Below, piece after piece: positions 25,063 to 33,861 of a DNA stretch of 64,000 nucleotides. Source of the stretch: a virus; the IMG/VR virus record IMGVR_UViG_3300037149_000105, positions 83,411-147,410 of that record; one strand, given 5' to 3'. Under the pieces are notes generated by a model that was not told where the DNA came from, did no database searches, and saw only the letters and a program-made list of their open reading frames with translations. The first letter of the stretch is position 1; the number at the start of each line of letters is the position of its first letter. A program made the position numbers and the translations under genes.

Positions 25063-28000
25063 TTACGTTGTTCTGATAAGACGTTTCTGCCTTACTGGAG
25101 TGGGATAGACGTTTAGCTCATCCTCTATTTCGTGAAGACGGTCGTCAATCTGGTTCCACCGTTCCACGAGTTTCTCGTACTCCTCTGACCATTTTATAGA
25201 GTCCCCCTCCTGAGCATTTTCTTCTAGGGCTTGGTCTACCACTTGCTGCTCTTTGGTTAGCTGTTCCTTTTCATCCATCAGAGGGGCAAACTCAGTCTCT
25301 TTTTCGTCAAACAACAGCCCCTGAGCCGCATCCATTTTCTCAACATGGAGGTCCATATCAGGATATAGCTTTTGGAGATACTTGAGCATCTCGTGACCCA
25401 CATACTCTCTTGGATCCACAGCTTTGCGTAACCGCTCGGACATCAGTTTCCTGGCCTCTAGAGTAGTCAGAGCTTGGTTTCCAATGTCGATGCTATCAAT
25501 CCACGGGTAGCCCTCATAGATGGAATAACGAATCTCTCCCACACAGAATCTTCCGTTGAGGGCGAACAGTGTGAAGTAATCCTGGGCAAACCGGCGGTGG
25601 TGGTGCTCATGTTTGAACGTCAACGCTCCAATCTTTATCAGCAAAGAGGAGTTTATTTTGCTCGCAGTTGTTCGGGAAGCTCCGCCTCCAATTCCGGTGG
25701 GAGTAATGCCCCCGGCTTGTGATCCGGGTATGCCATCCCCAGATACGCCTCTCTTGTAAGAGGAATCTTGTGAGTCTGCATGAAGCATAGGATCGGATCC
25801 GACCCAGCTTGGGGTTTCGAAGACGTTTTTTCCGCCCCTTCGTTCTTTGATAACAGCGGTGATTTTTTCCCTAGCTTGTTCGGCATTGAGCCCTCCATCT
25901 TCTGGATCGTGTGAGGCCCAGATCTCATTTGCAATACGGATGAACTTCTTGTCTCGCTTGTCCGCAGGGCTGAAAAGTGCCCTCACGGCCTCCCAGGTGA
26001 TTGACTGGAGTTCGCGGGGTAGGATGCCCACCGCAGGGTCTTTCGCGGCTCTACGGTATGCCTCAGCGTAAAGAGCATAGAGTCCGTTCAGACCTGTGAT
26101 TGAACTATTACTCGGACCTGGAATCTTCTCCATATCGGGGTCACCCTCGACATATTCGCCCTCATCATCATCCCATACCCACACCTTGCCATTTTTGTCT
26201 TTCTTAGGGTTGAAACCGGTGCCAAAGTTATGAGCGACTTCTACCGCCGCACCACTCAGCGGGCGAATCAGTGCCGCCGCAACCGCATGGGTATCAATCG
26301 TTACATCACCCTCATCAGCCATTGGGGCGATAAGATTGTTGTAGAATGACCGCACCTTATGATTCGTTCCAACCAATTTAGATACATCACTGACCGATTC
26401 TGATTCAAGGATTCGGACAGCCTTGGAGATGGCGGCGAAGCTGTTCCAGCGAACCTTAGCATTCTGTTTCCCAGTTTTGAACCAATCTCCAAAATTCCCT
26501 TCCGGAGTGACTTCACGAAGCTTGTTATCCGTATGTCCTTCGGCCCAAGCCCTGATCCATACGGAAGCCAAATACTCTCGACCTGATTCAGGGGTATTTT
26601 CTGTTAGCACTTCGTTGAGAGTTTTACCACGAAGCAGAGGAATGGCCAACGCTGTAGACCACTTCAGCTTGGGCTCCTTGGTTTTCTTGGGTTTCCTGGC
26701 ACTTTCCTTTTTCTTCTTGCCACCCTCCTCTGACTCTCCGGCCCTAACCGCTTCCTTCATGTCATCTTCCAGGTCATCCGGGGTCCAGTTGCGATGCAGG
26801 GCCACCCGATCCATCTTCCAATCCCAGCGGAAGTCTTTCAACTCTACCAACGCTTCAATGATACGTTCTGCGGTGGTGACGTTCTGGAACCAGTGAGCCT
26901 GGGGGGACATCGCCGCCACCACAGCCGCCACCTTGTGTGGCTCCAGATGGAACTTCTCCGCCCACCTGTGAATGATGCGATTGCCTCCCACGTACCATAA
27001 TTTAGCCCTATCCGCTAGGGATTTATCCCAAGTCTTATACAGCCAGATGAGGTTTGCAGCCATGTGGTTGATGATCTCTTCAGCCTTTTCATGAGCATCA
27101 AACTTCTGGAAACGGCCCTCTCGCATATATTTAAAGTTGGGGTAGTTATCTACCGCTAGGTTGACATTATACTCAAACTTCTCATTCTCCATCATCTTCT
27201 GAAGGTCCGGTTGGCTAGTAGCGTGACTGTGGGGGTCAACCTCACCGGGCTTCAGCACACTGCTTTGGGCGGCTGGACTGATGCGCCTATCCGCCAGTGA
27301 CTTGGCTAAGTCCTCTTCCTCTTGAGTCGGAGGAGTAACCTTTTCAGCGTTTGGTGTCTCCTCATTCACCATCCCCTCCACGGGGTCTACGTTTAACCCA
27401 CCACCTTCGGTTCGGGGCTTCACTGAAGCGGTAAGCAAAGGGCTGGAGGGGTTGAATGTCCCCTTGTTTCCTATGGCTGATTTTACTTGACGGGGATTCC
27501 ATACGATGTAATGGCGAGTGCCAGGGGCCATTCTCATGTTTAGAAATTGAGCACTCGCATCCATGATAATCCCATCGAACCCCATGTAGCGGTAGATAGC
27601 AGAGATAAGAGCGCCTGCACCTCCTTGAGCACCCGCACTTTCATCATTTCCTCTTACAGCTTTTTCAAATTCATAAGCAGAGCAGCCCTCTAACAACTTC
27701 TCCACCAATTCTTCCCATATGCGGTCTGCTCGTATGTCTGACTCTGAGCAAGCAGCCTGTACCGCCTCATAGAGTTTGGTAACTTCAGGGCCATCTACCC
27801 ACTCATCTTCATTCTCCGGGTCAGGGCCACCATCCCCACCCAAGTAGGTTCCGCCTTTTGGTGTTACGATGACTGGGTTTTCCATTTTCAAGTAAGTGAG
27901 GTAGACGGCCCCCTGATGAGTCCCACCTAACATTTCCCATGCTTTTTTCTTGGCAAGCTCTCGGATAGCTTTGGGGTTGTCTTCGTGCTCTTCCCCCATC

Positions 28001-31000
28001 TCTTCTTCCCAATCTCCCCCATCACTCATCAAGTCTTCTGCAACCTCATCAATTTTTCCAGCCAAATCTCGGCAATTGATATCTGCATACTGACTCGCAT
28101 CCACTTCACAATCGGTAAAATATATCCCCTTGCTATACCAGCCATCCGTGTATGCGTTACTCATAGAGAATTGGTCAAATTCATTGGTGGTTCCGTGCAT
28201 GACTCGTTTTGGGGTTCCGTCCTTATTGACAACTTTGGAATCACCGAACCACGCCTTAAATTGCGGAGTCTCATGCGGCTTGGGTCTTTTTGCAAGTTCT
28301 CTTCCAATTTGTTGAGCGGCTTCATTTACAGCCTGCTGGGCCGACATCGCTTTCTTGACCCTTCCGATTTTTGAGATAGCCCCAACCAGCCGCTCTGTAG
28401 CTTCATTGCGGCTCGTCACACCGGTCATATCGGTGTTCTTGATTGCCGCCGCACAACTCAGCAGGTAGGATTTGGACTCCTGGTTAGCCCCATAGAGCGC
28501 ACAGTCCAACAACTGGGAGAAGTCAAACGCCCCCCTGGACCCAGACTGAATGATGTTTACTACCGCATCTTTTGGCAAAGACTTGGCTTGCCGGATATTT
28601 TCCCGGTTCTTTTTAACAAACTGAGCCGCTTGTTTGATTTGGTTGGACAGGCCCAGCCGGTTGTTCAGACTATCCGGAACGGGAAGCAGAGACTCAATCC
28701 CCACCATCTGCATATCAAAATCCCAACCATTCTGATGACCATAATTGACTGATTTAGCTATACTGTCCCAATTCTGCTCGAATTCACTAAACCAGGGTTC
28801 TAGGCACCCACCCTCACGTAGCACTTCAAAGAACCGCATCGGAACCTTGCCGACAAGCGCACGTTTGGTCTCTTCTCGGATACGATCAGCCGGGAGGTAT
28901 TGTAGTTCTGGCTGCATCCGCCGCATCATTTCTACCAGTTGGGGGCTCACCTTCCACTCAGACCCAAATTGGGCACTGAAACGAGCCGCCCTATATACCC
29001 TTAATGCATCCTCAGCAAACTTCTCACTGACGTTCTGGAGGGTCTTATCCTTGATATTTTGCAGTGCTTCAGGAGGTCCGAACAGCTTGCCGTCCGCATC
29101 CACCGACATGGCGTTCACGTTTAGGTCCCGGCGAACCATGTCGTCTTCGAAGTTGCCGGTTGGAGTAACATCAAAATCTTTGTGACCCACCCCATTTTTT
29201 TCTTCGGAACGGGCCACCGCGATTTCAATTTGGCCATAGGTTGGATCTTGGTAAAGGTAGACAGGGAAAGCCTTCCCCACATTCTCCAGACCCATTTGCT
29301 GCAACGTTTCTGCCGTTGTGTTGGTAACCACATCAAAGTCCTTTGGCTTACGGTCAAGTAGCATGTCTCTGACGCAACCACCAACAAAACGGAAGTCAGC
29401 CCTGGGGTCAAACATGTAAGCCATCTGCTTGAGCTTCTTCAGCATATATAGGGGTAGCTTGACCTCCTGGTCATGAGGAAGCTGAACCATCGCAGCCTGC
29501 TTGGAGGCAACTGTCATCCCCTGGTACCGCCAGACTTCACCTGGGTTCTTCATGTTTAGAAGCTCCCCAATTGGAATCCCTGCGTATTTTCTGCCACCTT
29601 CGTATTGCTCAATGTAAACCTCATCCTTCATTTGGGTCAAGTCAGACTCCTCCAGTCCACTCTCATTAAATACCCAATCGATGATGGTGTCAAGATTTCT
29701 TGGAGTGAGTCGCCACACTTCAAAGTTTTTGTCTACAACCCGGATTTGGTTGTAAAATCGCATGAAGAACTCTCGGACTTCGTTCTTGAACATGTCATAC
29801 TCGCCATTAAAAATGGCATCACACTCTTCCAGAGACACATAACCCCAGATGAGGGTAAAGAACACATCTTCCACTGGAAAGTCAGGCTCCCCATACTTCA
29901 TCGCATGGAGCTTTCGCCACTCTTCCTCCACCTCTCCTGGGTTGTTGTCATCTTCTTCTTCGTGGGCCTCATGAAGATGACGCTGACAAGCACTAAGAAT
30001 TTGGTCCCACTTGTCATTGAGAATCTGTTCTCTGGCATAGGTTTCGTGGGTATAGTCCCCGTCTCCACTGCATTCTGCATAGTTGTTCGCTGAGTCGCCA
30101 TCTACCCAGTATTCACCATTGATGAAACTACCCCACCCTGCGGCAAGTTTGCTGCTGTAGTGTTGTCGGGCCACCTCTTCATCAAGTCCGTAGTCTACCA
30201 AGACCGGATACCGCTCACCCCTACGTTCGACCAGCCCCCACTGGCTCTCTCGATCAATGTCCCACCATTTAACACCAAGTGTCTGGCATAAGAACTGAAG
30301 AGATTTCACTGCCTGCCTATCTGTAAGAAATTCTGTTCCCCCACGCTCTACTTTTTTACAAAAGTTGTAGGCGTTGGTTGCTCCATATCGTTCGAAATCT
30401 GAATAGGTGGCCCCTCTTAGGACTCGCTCAACTACGAGCCAGTGAAACTCAGTATCATAGTAAAAAATGCGAGTGATAATAGTGCAATCCTCAACCTTCT
30501 CATACATTCTGAGTTCGGCTTTGTTCTGAGCCACACCGGGCTGATTGATCGCTAGCTTGATTGCAACATGTTCATTTACCCCGACGACCATACGGGAAGA
30601 CCCTTCCCCTAAAACTGGAAGCTCCATTCCGGTTCGCTCTCTCAGGAGCTTTAAGCGATCCCTGACGGTCTGAGAGTAGCCATTAGGCTCCTCCCAATTG
30701 TTATCCCCCTCCCCTTCATCCTGACCTTCTGGTGATATTTCGTGAATGCCGGGAAGTTTTTTGAGCAGATCCTTTGGGATATTTTTAGGCTTCTCTTCAG
30801 CCACTTTGACTTGATCGGCGTCCTGTTCCCCAAAGATGTCAATCAATGCAGTTAAAAGTTCCCTAGGTACTTCAGAGCCATCGGCCCATTTGGTCAGTCC
30901 CTTATTGGTTACACGACTAACGCCTCGTGGAAGCCCATTGCGGTCGTATAGGATGACGAACAAAGGGCCTGGGGTGCTCTTGTAGATGGTCTGCTTGTAG

Positions 31001-31629
31001 CGGTCGATTATCTTACGAGCGTCATTTAATTCCTGTTTATCTCGTTTCTGCACTGGTTTGCCCAGGTCCACCATCATACGCTTATTTGTGTCCGGTGCTC
31101 TCCAAACAGATTTGGAGATGCCCTCTTCCCGTCCTGCATGACGTTCTAAGAACTCTTCATCACTGACGTTATCATCATAAAGCCTGCTCCATGCACCAGA
31201 GTCTTCACTGGCCGTCTTCTGATTGACAATTCGCTCATGAACTATATCGTAGAATTGCTGGCTCAAAGGGAACAGGATTTCATAACCGTACATCAATTCA
31301 GTTCCGTAGAAGTCGATCTCGGTCTGCTTGATAGCCTGCATCATCGCCTTGATGACCCCCGCATCCTCTCCGAACTCAGTCTCGGATAAGAAAGCCTTGA
31401 TTTGTTCTAGGATAAGTGCAGTCCCTTCATGAAATACAATCTGGGTGTGTCCTGGGTTGTCCAAAGGGATAGGGAGTTCTAGCATGAATACTGAAAATCG
31501 AGGAATACCCAAGTCAATCAGCCACTGGATTCGGGGCCGCTCATCTCGGATGAAATAGATATTAATGACACCCTGCTCAGGTAGGACAAATGCTCTCTTC
31601 ATGCTCACACTCTCAATATTGATACCCAT
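25063..31629 (-). CDS. polyvalent protein: kinase-like + CCA-adding tRNA nucleotidyltransferase + ART-like + HhH-like + GNAT-like modules
   Basis: GEGSSR/VAIK/LVDYG; VGGCVRD..KDFD, RRDLNVNAM, EDALRVYRAARF; FKAWFGDSK..MHGT..GIYFT..GFDGII..QVKSA; WY..SPQ..KVRSFY..VTIDTH..LQSITW. Confidence 0.88.
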   Translation of the reverse strand: MGINIESVSMKRAFVLPEQGVINIYFIRDERPRIQWLIDLGIPRFSVFMLELPIPLDNPGHTQIVFHEGTALILEQIKAFLSETEFGEDAGVIKAMMQAIKQTEIDFYGTELMYGYEILFPLSQQFYDIVHERIVNQKTASEDSGAWSRLYDDNVSDEEFLERHAGREEGISKSVWRAPDTNKRMMVDLGKPVQKRDKQELNDARKIIDRYKQTIYKSTPGPLFVILYDRNGLPRGVSRVTNKGLTKWADGSEVPRELLTALIDIFGEQDADQVKVAEEKPKNIPKDLLKKLPGIHEISPEGQDEGEGDNNWEEPNGYSQTVRDRLKLLRERTGMELPVLGEGSSRMVVGVNEHVAIKLAINQPGVAQNKAELRMYEKVEDCTIITRIFYYDTEFHWLVVERVLRGATYSDFERYGATNAYNFCKKVERGGTEFLTDRQAVKSLQFLCQTLGVKWWDIDRESQWGLVERRGERYPVLVDYGLDEEVARQHYSSKLAAGWGSFINGEYWVDGDSANNYAECSGDGDYTHETYAREQILNDKWDQILSACQRHLHEAHEEEDDNNPGEVEEEWRKLHAMKYGEPDFPVEDVFFTLIWGYVSLEECDAIFNGEYDMFKNEVREFFMRFYNQIRVVDKNFEVWRLTPRNLDTIIDWVFNESGLEESDLTQMKDEVYIEQYEGGRKYAGIPIGELLNMKNPGEVWRYQGMTVASKQAAMVQLPHDQEVKLPLYMLKKLKQMAYMFDPRADFRFVGGCVRDMLLDRKPKDFDVVTNTTAETLQQMGLENVGKAFPVYLYQDPTYGQIEIAVARSEEKNGVGHKDFDVTPTGNFEDDMVRRDLNVNAMSVDADGKLFGPPEALQNIKDKTLQNVSEKFAEDALRVYRAARFSAQFGSEWKVSPQLVEMMRRMQPELQYLPADRIREETKRALVGKVPMRFFEVLREGGCLEPWFSEFEQNWDSIAKSVNYGHQNGWDFDMQMVGIESLLPVPDSLNNRLGLSNQIKQAAQFVKKNRENIRQAKSLPKDAVVNIIQSGSRGAFDFSQLLDCALYGANQESKSYLLSCAAAIKNTDMTGVTSRNEATERLVGAISKIGRVKKAMSAQQAVNEAAQQIGRELAKRPKPHETPQFKAWFGDSKVVNKDGTPKRVMHGTTNEFDQFSMSNAYTDGWYSKGIYFTDCEVDASQYADINCRDLAGKIDEVAEDLMSDGGDWEEEMGEEHEDNPKAIRELAKKKAWEMLGGTHQGAVYLTYLKMENPVIVTPKGGTYLGGDGGPDPENEDEWVDGPEVTKLYEAVQAACSESDIRADRIWEELVEKLLEGCSAYEFEKAVRGNDESAGAQGGAGALISAIYRYMGFDGIIMDASAQFLNMRMAPGTRHYIVWNPRQVKSAIGNKGTFNPSSPLLTASVKPRTEGGGLNVDPVEGMVNEETPNAEKVTPPTQEEEDLAKSLADRRISPAAQSSVLKPGEVDPHSHATSQPDLQKMMENEKFEYNVNLAVDNYPNFKYMREGRFQKFDAHEKAEEIINHMAANLIWLYKTWDKSLADRAKLWYVGGNRIIHRWAEKFHLEPHKVAAVVAAMSPQAHWFQNVTTAERIIEALVELKDFRWDWKMDRVALHRNWTPDDLEDDMKEAVRAGESEEGGKKKKESARKPKKTKEPKLKWSTALAIPLLRGKTLNEVLTENTPESGREYLASVWIRAWAEGHTDNKLREVTPEGNFGDWFKTGKQNAKVRWNSFAAISKAVRILESESVSDVSKLVGTNHKVRSFYNNLIAPMADEGDVTIDTHAVAAALIRPLSGAAVEVAHNFGTGFNPKKDKNGKVWVWDDDEGEYVEGDPDMEKIPGPSNSSITGLNGLYALYAEAYRRAAKDPAVGILPRELQSITWEAVRALFSPADKRDKKFIRIANEIWASHDPEDGGLNAEQAREKITAVIKERRGGKNVFETPSWVGSDPMLHADSQDSSYKRGVSGDGIPGSQAGGITPTGIGGGASRTTASKINSSLLIKIGALTFKHEHHHRRFAQDYFTLFALNGRFCVGEIRYSIYEGYPWIDSIDIGNQALTTLEARKLMSERLRKAVDPREYVGHEMLKYLQKLYPDMDLHVEKMDAAQGLLFDEKETEFAPLMDEKEQLTKEQQVVDQALEENAQEGDSIKWSEEYEKLVERWNQIDDRLHEIEDELNVYPTPVRQKRLIRTT

Positions 31630-31652
31630 AGTCGGGGAGTTTGAGCCTGAGC

Positions 31653-32375
31653 CTACTCTCCCTCTGGCAGAAAGCCCTCTTCAATCAGATATTCAGTGAG
31701 GTCTCCGGAGTAGCCATGTCTTCGAATATACTGCTGAGCCTTCTCTATTTCTTCCGTAGTTATATCTGGTTTGGCAGAGGTCATAGCATCTTCTACCTCT
31801 AAATCCACCTGATCCCATTCTAAACGCTCACTTGCCCTAATGGCACAGTCCTCTGAACAGTAGGTATCAAACCCCTCACTATCCGAATAACAATCTCTCC
31901 GGCTGGCTGGGAGGGGTTCTCCACATTCCGCACACTCTCCAAACTGTCGAATCATCCAGTCTCTTAGTTCATTGGTTGGGTTTTCCCAGCCCTCTTTACC
32001 TATATACTCATCAAAGTATTCTGCTGCAACTTCATCATTTTTTCCAGAAAACAGCATCTTCTCAGCTTCGGGCCAGCTATGTCCTAGGACATCACGAGCA
32101 TAATCGTAAATATGAGACACTCCGTCAATGATCGCATCTTCACCGGCTGGGAACCGCTGATTGTTTAAACAAAAAGCAGCATACTCATAGCTGTATCTTC
32201 CATTAGTCGCAATTGCAGCTTCCCCTTCTGGAAAAGGAATTTCATTCGTAATCGCATAACTGAAGGCAACTTTAGGGATGTGAGAGTAATTCTTAAGCAG
32301 CGAATCCGTAAATTTCTTGCTTAACCCATTTATATGCAGCTTATATAAAATTCGATAAAAGTGGTCGGCATCCAT
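31653..32375 (-). CDS. helical-repeat protein with Zn finger
   Basis: YA....FPEGE / YARDVLGHSWPEAE repeats; CAEC...YCSEDC. Confidence 0.75.
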   Translation of the reverse strand: MDADHFYRILYKLHINGLSKKFTDSLLKNYSHIPKVAFSYAITNEIPFPEGEAAIATNGRYSYEYAAFCLNNQRFPAGEDAIIDGVSHIYDYARDVLGHSWPEAEKMLFSGKNDEVAAEYFDEYIGKEGWENPTNELRDWMIRQFGECAECGEPLPASRRDCYSDSEGFDTYCSEDCAIRASERLEWDQVDLEVEDAMTSAKPDITTEEIEKAQQYIRRHGYSGDLTEYLIEEGFLPEGE

Positions 32376-33403
32376 TAGTCCATATCCATGATGTCAAGAT
32401 TGTCATCTGAGACTTCCCAAACGACCAAAGTAGGTCCGATCTCACCTGGGAATGGAGGCTGGTTACCAACTGGAACAATGTTTCCCTTAGCATAAGTGCT
32501 ATAGGTATTGAACTCAGCAAGCGTGTATGTTTCCTGGAGCGGAGGAGCCCCAGAGGATGCCTGTACGAAGGAGTTGTACTCGTTGCTATCCGTGTCAGTG
32601 CTAGCCAAACCGGTATCCGGGGAATCGGAGTCGAAAGAGGGGGCCTGATAGAGAGGGAGTGGGAATGGGAGGTCTTCAATCATGGATGCGGTAATCGTCA
32701 ACGAATCGTCAATGCCATAACGGCCATATATGTAGTCCCCAATGTGCTCGTCTTGCCCAAAGATGGCTGACAGGTTAAGGCCAACATGCGCCGGTTTAGC
32801 TAGATCAATTGCAGTATATAAGTCGTTTGTGATGGTTTGAAGGGTGCTGATCGTCCCGGAAATGGTGGCCTCACCGGCTGCAAAATTAATTAAAGAGCCA
32901 GAATCGCTCCCAGCCACTTGAACGGAAATTTGTAGCGTGTTGCGGTCTGTCGCGTCATAAACTCCGTTTCCAATTAGTTTGTATAGTTCCTGGACAACAA
33001 TACTCTGCCCCGTATAGGCTTGGATGATGTTTTCTAACGTTACTACCCGACACCCTGTCTGGAACGCCTTGACCAAGTTCACCACAAGACTCAGGTAATC
33101 CTGATCATACTGACCTGGGTAGGGTGAGTTTCGACTGATAAACAACACATCTCCCCACTGCCTCTTCGCATCCGGAGGAGTTAGATTTGCAGGGTTCTTT
33201 CCAATGATGTCGTAGGTGTGGGCGTATTCCAGACGAGCCAATTCGGTAGCTACATTACGCAGCAGGGAGCCCCAGATGGTCTGATCCGTCTGGCTGATGT
33301 AAAAGTTTGGAACGTTGCCAAGCAGATAGTTAAACTCTGAGTCCTCGTATTGAATCAAGGCATCTCGGGACTGGTTGTAGAGTTGGTCAGGGTTCGCCAT
33401 CAT
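32375..33403 (-). CDS. baseplate wedge-type protein
   Basis: position after baseplate J-like gene; DLAKPAHV motif typical of wedge/tail protein I-like proteins. Confidence 0.6.
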   Translation of the reverse strand: MMANPDQLYNQSRDALIQYEDSEFNYLLGNVPNFYISQTDQTIWGSLLRNVATELARLEYAHTYDIIGKNPANLTPPDAKRQWGDVLFISRNSPYPGQYDQDYLSLVVNLVKAFQTGCRVVTLENIIQAYTGQSIVVQELYKLIGNGVYDATDRNTLQISVQVAGSDSGSLINFAAGEATISGTISTLQTITNDLYTAIDLAKPAHVGLNLSAIFGQDEHIGDYIYGRYGIDDSLTITASMIEDLPFPLPLYQAPSFDSDSPDTGLASTDTDSNEYNSFVQASSGAPPLQETYTLAEFNTYSTYAKGNIVPVGNQPPFPGEIGPTLVVWEVSDDNLDIMDMD

Positions 33404-33432
33404 TACCTTCAAAGAAGCATTAAAAAGTTCTA

Positions 33433-33861
33433 CTACAGAATCTGTTCGCCTTCCACATTTTTATTTTCGTCTAAATGAAACACGAAAACTTCAGAGGGAT
33501 AACTATTTTTCCATCTCAGCCCATTTATAGAAGCCTCACCATGCTTTAACATGTTGGTCATACTGTACAAAGCTACCACTAAATATGGCTGCATGTAAGC
33601 CTGTTGAAGTGCATCCACTAAAAAGTAGCGACCTTTTCGTGTGGGAATAGTGATGCTTTTGACTCTCTCAATTCCTCCACCCCGCATGAACTTACTAGCC
33701 ATGACCAAATGTCCACTGAATAGGTGCTTTACTTTTTCCTCATCTGGATAGCCATCCTGCCACCCCCACTCATATGTAAAGCAAGAGTCTAGAAGGGCTT
33801 TTAGCCTCTCACTAAGAAGCCCCTTCTCAATTAGGGCTTTGAGACTCTCGTTGCGTTTCAT
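33433..33861 (-). CDS. hypothetical protein inserted in the baseplate module
   Basis: 142-aa ORF; composition unlike flanking structural genes. Confidence 0.65.
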   Translation of the reverse strand: MKRNESLKALIEKGLLSERLKALLDSCFTYEWGWQDGYPDEEKVKHLFSGHLVMASKFMRGGGIERVKSITIPTRKGRYFLVDALQQAYMQPYLVVALYSMTNMLKHGEASINGLRWKNSYPSEVFVFHLDENKNVEGEQIL

